Below are positions 24,271 to 30,507 of a stretch of DNA of 30,507 nt, piece after piece. Source of the DNA: a virus. Taxonomy: Duplodnaviria; Caudoviricetes. The notes below the pieces were generated by a model. That model was not told where the DNA came from and did no database searches. It saw only the letters and a list, made by a program, of their open reading frames with translations. Every line of letters starts with the position of its first letter. Positions within the stretch are counted from its first letter, which is position 1. The stretch lies in IMG/VR virus record IMGVR_UViG_3300032225_000487, positions 1-30,507 of that record. The stretch is one strand, 5' to 3'. The position numbers and the translations under genes are program-made.

Positions 24271-26319
24271 ATGGCAGATATGCAACAAAATCAATTTGAC
24301 GAACCTACTGAGGCTGATAAGGAATTAACAAAATTTGTTATTGACCACTGTGATCGGTGGAGAAACTATCGGGATACCAATTTCCTGTCAGATTGGGAAG
24401 AATATGAACGTATCTTCCGAGGTCAATGGGCTGATGATGATAAGACTCGTGAATCAGAACGTAGCCGTATTGTGACCCCTGCGACTCAACAAGCTGTTGA
24501 GACTCGTCACGCTGAGATCATGGAAGCTATCTTTGGTCAAGGTGACTTCTTTGATATTGAAGACAATATTCAAGACGTTAATGGCAACCCCATTGATGTT
24601 GAGATGATTAAGAATCAGTTGATGGAGGATTTCAAGAAAGACAAAATCCGCAAAGCCATTGACCAGATTGAATTGATGGCTGAAATCTATGGCACTGGCA
24701 TCGGCGAGATTGTCGTTAAGACTGAAAAGGAATACATCCCTGCAACTCAGCCGATTCCTAACCAGCAAGGTCAAGCAGCTATTGGCGTGATTGAAAGAGA
24801 CAGAATTGCTGTCAAGATCATGCCTATCAACCCTAAGAATTTCTTATTTGATCCCAATGGAACATCAGTTGATGACTGTATGGGTGTTGCTGTAGAGAAG
24901 TTCATCTCTATCCACAAGATTGTGGCTGGCATTGAGTCTGGTGTATACCGCAAGGTAGACATTGGCATTGTTGCATCTGACGAGGATTTAGAGGCAACTC
25001 AAGAAATTCAAATGTTCCAAGACCAAAAGGTCAAGCTGTTAACTTACTATGGTCTTGTGCCTAGAGAGTATTTGCAGAACTTGACTGAGAACAAGGACAT
25101 TGTTGAGTTGTTCCCTGATAGTTCAGAGGCTGAAGATTATCAGGATTTGATTGAGGCAATCGTTGTGATTGCCAATGATGGATTATTGTTAAAGGCTGAA
25201 GAAAGTCCTTACATGATGAAAGACAGGCCAATCCTAAGTTATCAGGATGACACTGTTCCTAATCGTTTGTTGGGTCGTGGCACAGTTGAGAAAGCCTACA
25301 ATATGCAAAAGGCTATGGATGCTCAAATCCGAAGCCACTTGGATTCATTGGCACTGACTACAAGCCCAATGATTGCAATGGATGCAACTCGCTTGCCAAG
25401 GGGTGCAAAGTTTGAGGTAAAGCCAGGAAAAGCTATCCTAACCAATGGCGCACCTAGCGAGATTTTGTATCCATTTAAGTTTGGTCAAACAGATCAAAAC
25501 AATCTCGCTACTGCACAGACGTTTGAGAGAATGCTATTGCAAGCCACTGGTACTCTTGATTCTCAAGGCATGGTTACTCAGGCATCTAGAGATGGTTCGG
25601 GTATGTCTATGGCGGTGGCATCCATCATCAAGAAGTACAAACGTACTCTGGTGAATTTCCAAGAAGATTTTCTTGTGCCATTCATCAAGAAAGCCGCATT
25701 CAGGTATATGCAGTTTGACCCCAACCGCTATCCCTCTGTGGACATGAACTTCATCCCGACTGCTACCCTTGGCATTATTGCTAGAGAGTACGAGCAACAG
25801 CAGTTCATTGGTTTGTTGCAGACTTTGGGGGCTGATACGCCAGTATTGCCGATTATTTTGAAAGGCATTGTGGCTAATTCCAGTTTGAGCAATAGATTTG
25901 AGATGATTGCAAAGTTGGATGAAATGATGAAACCTAATCCAGACCAACAGCAGATGCAACAAGCACAGCAACAGTTGGCAATGCAAGCGGCACAGGCTCA
26001 GATTGCTGTAAATACCACTCAAGCAGAGCAAAATCGTGCAGAGGCAACCAAGTTGATGGTTGAAGCGCAGTTAATGCCGCAAGAAGTACAAGCTAAAACG
26101 GCTAGTGCATTGACCAAAAACTTGCCGAATCAAGACGATTTAGCCTCAAAAGAGTTTGATAAGAGGGTTAAGATTGCTGAATTGATGCTTAAAGAGTCTG
26201 ATATTAAAAACAAAGCAAAAATTGTTGAATTGCAGATGGCAGACAAGCAAAATGCAAGTATGCAGATCAAACATGACTTTTTGAACAAGCTAAATACTGG
26301 ATTGAAGAACAATGGCTAA
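24271..26319 (+). CDS. Portal protein
   Basis: 682 aa after terL with a Gln-rich C-terminal barrel coil, as in P22-like portals. Confidence 0.85.
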   Translation: MADMQQNQFDEPTEADKELTKFVIDHCDRWRNYRDTNFLSDWEEYERIFRGQWADDDKTRESERSRIVTPATQQAVETRHAEIMEAIFGQGDFFDIEDNIQDVNGNPIDVEMIKNQLMEDFKKDKIRKAIDQIELMAEIYGTGIGEIVVKTEKEYIPATQPIPNQQGQAAIGVIERDRIAVKIMPINPKNFLFDPNGTSVDDCMGVAVEKFISIHKIVAGIESGVYRKVDIGIVASDEDLEATQEIQMFQDQKVKLLTYYGLVPREYLQNLTENKDIVELFPDSSEAEDYQDLIEAIVVIANDGLLLKAEESPYMMKDRPILSYQDDTVPNRLLGRGTVEKAYNMQKAMDAQIRSHLDSLALTTSPMIAMDATRLPRGAKFEVKPGKAILTNGAPSEILYPFKFGQTDQNNLATAQTFERMLLQATGTLDSQGMVTQASRDGSGMSMAVASIIKKYKRTLVNFQEDFLVPFIKKAAFRYMQFDPNRYPSVDMNFIPTATLGIIAREYEQQQFIGLLQTLGADTPVLPIILKGIVANSSLSNRFEMIAKLDEMMKPNPDQQQMQQAQQQLAMQAAQAQIAVNTTQAEQNRAEATKLMVEAQLMPQEVQAKTASALTKNLPNQDDLASKEFDKRVKIAELMLKESDIKNKAKIVELQMADKQNASMQIKHDFLNKLNTGLKNNG

Positions 26320-28318
26320 TATTCGGGAACTTATTCTCAGTATTGAATCAGATGCATTGACATTTGATGAGAAGTTAGCCGCTTTGACTCAGGTTGAGGA
26401 GACTCTTGTTGCAATGCAACAGCAAGAAGAAGATGCTGTTCAAGAGAATGTTGACTTGATTGTTGAGGCGATCAAGGTCATGCAAGAAAAAGTTGATGCT
26501 CAAGTCAATCGTATTGCTGATTTTGTGCCTGAAAAAGGTGAAAAAGGCGATAAGGGTGAACGTGGATTAGATGGTCGGCAAGGCGTAGATGGTAAAGATG
26601 GTCGAGATGGAATCAATGGTCGAGATGGTAAAGATGGTGTAGATGGTATATCGGTTATTGATGCCAAGATTGACTTTGATGGTTCACTAATTATCACTTT
26701 ATCCACTGGTAAAGAACTAAATGTTGGTGAAGTTGTTGCTCCTGACTTAGCTGAAAAGATTAAGTTAGTTACTTCTGGCGGTGCTGGTACTGTTTTGCCT
26801 AGCCAAGCAGGGAACTCAGGTAAATATCTAAAGACTGATGGCTCTGCACTTTCATGGGCGACAGTTTCTGGTGGTGGTTCTGGTACTGTTACATCGGTGG
26901 GTGGTACAGGTACAGTAAATGGCATTTCCTTATCAGGCACAGTTACTACTTCTGGAAATCTTACTTTAGGTGGTACGCTAGATTTATCTTCACCTCCTAC
27001 AATTGGTAATACTGCCGCAAATACAGGCGCATTTACCACATTGAGTGCATCATCTACTGTTAGTGGCACAGGATTTAGCACATATTTGGCATCTCCCCCT
27101 GCAATTGGTGGTACAACTGCAAGCACAGGTAGATTCACAACAGTTACATCCACAGTAGCAACAGGTACTGCACCATTTACAGTTACATCAACAACCGCAG
27201 TGGCAAATTTGTCTATTGGTGGTAATGCGGCAACAGTAACCAATGGCGTATATACAACTGACACAGGAACAGTCACCAACACAATGTTGGCGGGTTCTAT
27301 TGCAAATGCAAAGTTAAGTAATTCCACAATTACGTTTGGTTCAACTTCTCAAGCACTTGGCTCAACTGTTTCTGGTTTGAGTGGTGTAACTGTTGACAAT
27401 GCTGCTATTGGTGGAACAACACCAGCGGCTGGAACATTTACAACACTGAATCTTACTGGCACAACCAATCAAGTTTCTAGCGTGGCGGTGTCATCTGACC
27501 CTGCCGCCCCTAGTGCTGGTAATTTAAAGACATTTGCTAAAACTATTGCGGGTGGATATACAGCACCAGCGTTTTTAAATGCTACTAATGCCTCAGTTCA
27601 GTTACAGCCAGCATTTGCTAATAAACGTATAGGAAATTTATTTCCTCAAAATAATGCCAACCCTAATATTATTGGATTAAATGCTTTTACTGGTACTATA
27701 ACGGGTGTTACTAGTGCAACAACTTCAATGTTTACTAGGGCTAATAGATTTACAATTGCTAGTACTGCAACTGCTGGTACTTTAGCTAACTATTATCAAG
27801 TTGTTGCATCCTATACACTTGGTTCTGCAACTACTCCTGCTTACGGTGGTTTTTATTTTGTTATTCGTTTTGGAATTGCTGATACGGTTGCATCGCCAAG
27901 GTCATTTTTTGGTGTATCAAGCTCAGTAGGCGCACCAACAAACGTAGAGCCATCTACCCTGACAAACTCAATTGGTGTTGGACAAGGCGCGGCTAATACA
28001 AATTTGTTTGTTTACTATGGTGGATCTGCGGCTCAAACTCCTATTGATTTGGGTGTAAATTTTCCAACAGGAACATCAAATACTGATTTGTACGAATTGA
28101 CTTTGTTTGCGCCACCAACATCTAACAATACAGTTTATTACCAAGTTATAAGATTAAACACAGGTAATGTGGCATCTGGTACTTTGACAGGTACAGCGGG
28201 AACTGTATTGCCATCAAACACAACATATTTAGCAATCAGAAATTGGCGAACCAATAACGCTACTGCATCTGCGGTAACCATTGCTATGGCGGGTATGTAT
28301 ATAGAAACGGATTACTGA
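26312..28318 (+). CDS. Collagen-repeat fibre protein (second fibre)
   Basis: Coiled-coil N-terminus, about 12 Gly-X-Y triplets (GEKGDKGERGLDG...), T/S/G-rich shaft with AIGGTT repeats, C-terminal beta domain. Confidence 0.75.
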   Translation: MANIRELILSIESDALTFDEKLAALTQVEETLVAMQQQEEDAVQENVDLIVEAIKVMQEKVDAQVNRIADFVPEKGEKGDKGERGLDGRQGVDGKDGRDGINGRDGKDGVDGISVIDAKIDFDGSLIITLSTGKELNVGEVVAPDLAEKIKLVTSGGAGTVLPSQAGNSGKYLKTDGSALSWATVSGGGSGTVTSVGGTGTVNGISLSGTVTTSGNLTLGGTLDLSSPPTIGNTAANTGAFTTLSASSTVSGTGFSTYLASPPAIGGTTASTGRFTTVTSTVATGTAPFTVTSTTAVANLSIGGNAATVTNGVYTTDTGTVTNTMLAGSIANAKLSNSTITFGSTSQALGSTVSGLSGVTVDNAAIGGTTPAAGTFTTLNLTGTTNQVSSVAVSSDPAAPSAGNLKTFAKTIAGGYTAPAFLNATNASVQLQPAFANKRIGNLFPQNNANPNIIGLNAFTGTITGVTSATTSMFTRANRFTIASTATAGTLANYYQVVASYTLGSATTPAYGGFYFVIRFGIADTVASPRSFFGVSSSVGAPTNVEPSTLTNSIGVGQGAANTNLFVYYGGSAAQTPIDLGVNFPTGTSNTDLYELTLFAPPTSNNTVYYQVIRLNTGNVASGTLTGTAGTVLPSNTTYLAIRNWRTNNATASAVTIAMAGMYIETDY

Positions 28319-28479
28319 TGTACACAATAATTCTTGACCAAGGAACAGTAACAAGGGATGAAGATGGTAAGGTGGTTGCACCTTGTCAATCAGACCAAGA
28401 CCCTGATTTTCGTGCTTACATTGATTGGGTAGAAGCAGGAAATCAACCTACTATTTTGGAAACTACAAATGACTCCTGA
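28318..28479 (+). CDS. Fibre assembly chaperone, 53 aa (absent from ORF track)
   Basis: MYTIILDQGTVTRDEDGKVVAPCQSDQDPDFRAYIDWVEAGNQPT...; same D..Y..W...GN.P motif as 4469-4630. Confidence 0.7.
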   Translation: MYTIILDQGTVTRDEDGKVVAPCQSDQDPDFRAYIDWVEAGNQPTILETTNDS

Positions 28480-28708
28480 GTTACAAAAGTATTACGAAAG
28501 CCGTTTTGACATGATGGCAATGGATGGTTGGAAAGAATTAACTATTGATATTGACAATATGATAGAGTCACTCAATAATATAAGCGTGATTCCTGATGAA
28601 AAGACCTTGCATTTCCGCAAAGGCGAACTTTCCATCTTGACTTGGCTAAAAACCTTGAAAGAGGTCAGCGAAAAGGCTTATGAGGAATTGAATGAAAAGA
28701 ATGTATGA
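28469..28708 (+). CDS. Hypothetical protein of the head module
   Basis: MTPELQKYYESRF...GW...LHFRKGEL; operon coupling. Confidence 0.7.
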   Translation: MTPELQKYYESRFDMMAMDGWKELTIDIDNMIESLNNISVIPDEKTLHFRKGELSILTWLKTLKEVSEKAYEELNEKNV

Positions 28709-28919
28709 ATTTGCCTGTGAAAACGGGCATCGCACTGAAAAACTGGCTGATTATGAGGCTGCCATTGTCCAGTGTGATTGTGGTTCGGTAAGTCACCGAA
28801 TTATTTCTGCACCCAACATCAAGTTGGAGGGTTGGAGTGGGCATTTCCCTACATCAGCCCATCAATTTGACCGAAAACATCGGGAAAAATTGGCGGCAGA
28901 ATTGAAGTTGGACTCATAA
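28692..28919 (+). CDS. FmdB-like zinc-ribbon protein
   Basis: MYEFACENGH...CDCG...RIISAP motif. Confidence 0.7.
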   Translation: MKRMYEFACENGHRTEKLADYEAAIVQCDCGSVSHRIISAPNIKLEGWSGHFPTSAHQFDRKHREKLAAELKLDS

Positions 28920-28980
28920 ACTTTTGTCGAGTCCATGTGTAATCTCCTAAAACCCAGAGTGGGCAGGAAAAGGAAACTGT

Positions 28981-29739
28981 ATGTTGTTAGATAACGATGA
29001 TGAGATGCTAGGTGAAATTCAAGCTGTTGAAAAGCAGAAACTGGAGTCCACTGTTGAGCCGATGAATGCTGATGTTCCCGATAAATATCGGGGAAAAGAA
29101 CTGTCAGACATCATCAAAATGCACCAAGAAGCTGAAAAGTTGATTGGGAAGCAAGCTCAAGAGGTGGGTGAGGTACGCAAATTAGCAGATGAGTTGATTA
29201 AGCAAAATCTCTCTGGCAATCGACAAAATGCAGAGGTTGAGCCTGAAATTGATTTTTTTGAAGACCCAAAAAAGGCAGTTCAGAACACTATTGATAAACA
29301 TCCAGATGTACTTGCGGCTAGACAAGCTAGTCTAGAGTTCAAAAGGATGCAGATTCAGCAGAAACTTACTACTGAACATCCTGATTTTACTCAGATTGTT
29401 CAAGACCAAGAGTTTGTTGATTGGGTGAAATCTTCACCTATTCGCCTTGGGCTTTATGCTAAGGCAGATGGTGAGTTTGACTATGATAGTGCCAATGAAT
29501 TGTTGAGTACCTACAAGCAATTGAAAGGTGTTCGGACTAAGCAAACGAGTGATGCTGGTGAAGCGACTCGTAAACAGAATCTGAAAGCCGCAGCAGTTGA
29601 TACTGGTGGTACAGGGGAAACAGGAAAACGAGTTTACAGGAGAGCTGACCTGATTCGGCTAAAAATGACTGATCCTCAACGATATGAGACATTATCAGAT
29701 GAGATAATGACCGCATATGCAGAGGGTCGAGTGAAATAA
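28981..29739 (+). CDS. Capsid scaffolding protein
   Basis: Acidic and helical, PDKYRGK...QEAEKLIGKQAQEVG; immediately before the major capsid gene. Confidence 0.75.
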   Translation: MLLDNDDEMLGEIQAVEKQKLESTVEPMNADVPDKYRGKELSDIIKMHQEAEKLIGKQAQEVGEVRKLADELIKQNLSGNRQNAEVEPEIDFFEDPKKAVQNTIDKHPDVLAARQASLEFKRMQIQQKLTTEHPDFTQIVQDQEFVDWVKSSPIRLGLYAKADGEFDYDSANELLSTYKQLKGVRTKQTSDAGEATRKQNLKAAAVDTGGTGETGKRVYRRADLIRLKMTDPQRYETLSDEIMTAYAEGRVK

Positions 29740-29764
29740 CACTTAACTTTTTGGAGTATTTAAC

Positions 29765-30507
29765 ATGGCAACAGCATTTTCCCCCGCAAATAACGTAACC
29801 GTTACGTCAGCAGCCAATTTCATCCCTGAAATTTGGTCAGACGAAATTGTTGCGGCTTACAAACGTAATCTTGTAGCCGCAAATGTCGTTAAAAAGATGA
29901 ACTTTAAAGGCAAGAAAGGTGACACTGTTCACATTCCTAGCCCAACCCGTGGTTCTGCATCAGCTAAAGGCGCAACAAACGCCGTTACCTTGATTGTGAA
30001 CAACGAAGGTGAAGTTCAAATCTCTATCAACAAGCATTACGAATATTCTCGTTTGATTGAGGACATCGTTGAAGCACAAGCATTGTCTTCACTGCGTAGT
30101 TTCTACACAGAAGACGCTGGTTACGCTTTGGCTAAACAAGTCGATACAGACTTGATCCAGTTGGGTCGTATCGCTAATGGTGGTGCTGCTGGTGCTCGTT
30201 ATGACACTGGCTATATCGGCGGTGATGGCACAACAACCTTTGACTACAGTGCAAACTCTAGCGCTGGTAACGCTACAGCACTGACCGATGCAGCTATTCG
30301 CCGTACTATTCAGCGTTTGGACGATAGCGATGTACCTATGGATGGTCGTTTCTTCATCATCCCTCCATCAAGCCGCAACACTTTGATGGGTTTGGCTCGT
30401 TACACTGAGCAAGCATTTGTGGGTGACGCTGGTAACGGTAACACAATCCGCAATGGTGAAATCGGTAATCTGTATGGTATGCCTGTGTTTGTGTCTAGCA
30501 ATGCTGA
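29765..30507 (+). CDS. Major capsid protein, 3'-truncated (absent from ORF track)
   Basis: GGAG RBS; MATAFSPANNVTVTSAANFIPEIWSDEIVAAY...KGDTVHIP; frame is open to the window end. Confidence 0.9.
   Translation, partial: MATAFSPANNVTVTSAANFIPEIWSDEIVAAYKRNLVAANVVKKMNFKGKKGDTVHIPSPTRGSASAKGATNAVTLIVNNEGEVQISINKHYEYSRLIEDIVEAQALSSLRSFYTEDAGYALAKQVDTDLIQLGRIANGGAAGARYDTGYIGGDGTTTFDYSANSSAGNATALTDAAIRRTIQRLDDSDVPMDGRFFIIPPSSRNTLMGLARYTEQAFVGDAGNGNTIRNGEIGNLYGMPVFVSSNA

Noticed and set aside
24262-24276. In-frame terL TAA-ATG portal junction as a readthrough fusion
   Set aside because: TAA is a strong stop; simple translational coupling explains it.
26500-27327. 275-aa minus-strand ORF
   Set aside because: Antisense shadow of the T/G/S-rich fibre gene; no RBS or independent motifs.
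30501-30507. Terminal TGA as the capsid stop codon
   Set aside because: Out of frame with ATG 29765; the gene is simply truncated by the window.

Overview
Near-complete, circularly permuted genome of a podovirus-like dsDNA tailed phage (Caudoviricetes), probably infecting a betaproteobacterium (host is an inference). The window starts shortly downstream of the capsid gene and ends inside the major capsid gene. Order: small basic virion proteins, tail adaptor and nozzle, tail fibre with chaperone, cupin, three ejection proteins, a lysis cassette (holin-like proteins, Rz/Rz1, M15 endolysin) and a metallophosphoesterase. A leftward recombination operon (SSB, YqaJ exonuclease, Sak3/DUF1071) follows. 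After it come a divergent switch with an Arc-like regulator, a replication initiator with internal iterons, a C5 methyltransferase, RuvC, and a leftward early operon led by a Gp88-like Cys-motif protein. A motif-dense ~730 bp non-coding region precedes terS, terL, portal, a second collagen-containing fibre with chaperone, scaffold and capsid. I recognise no integrase, polymerase, helicase, tRNA or CRISPR. The main findings are: (1) a methyltransferase split over two fully overlapping reading frames, with motif IX and repeated PTP modules in the +1 frame; (2) putative host nutrient-regulator sites (two Fur boxes, Pho-box-type promoters, sigma54/NtrC/IHF-like sites); (3) a structured RNA upstream of the replication gene; (4) a probable ATT-initiated lysis-region gene; (5) two spanin-like pairs. 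All product calls come from motif recognition by eye, not from database searches.
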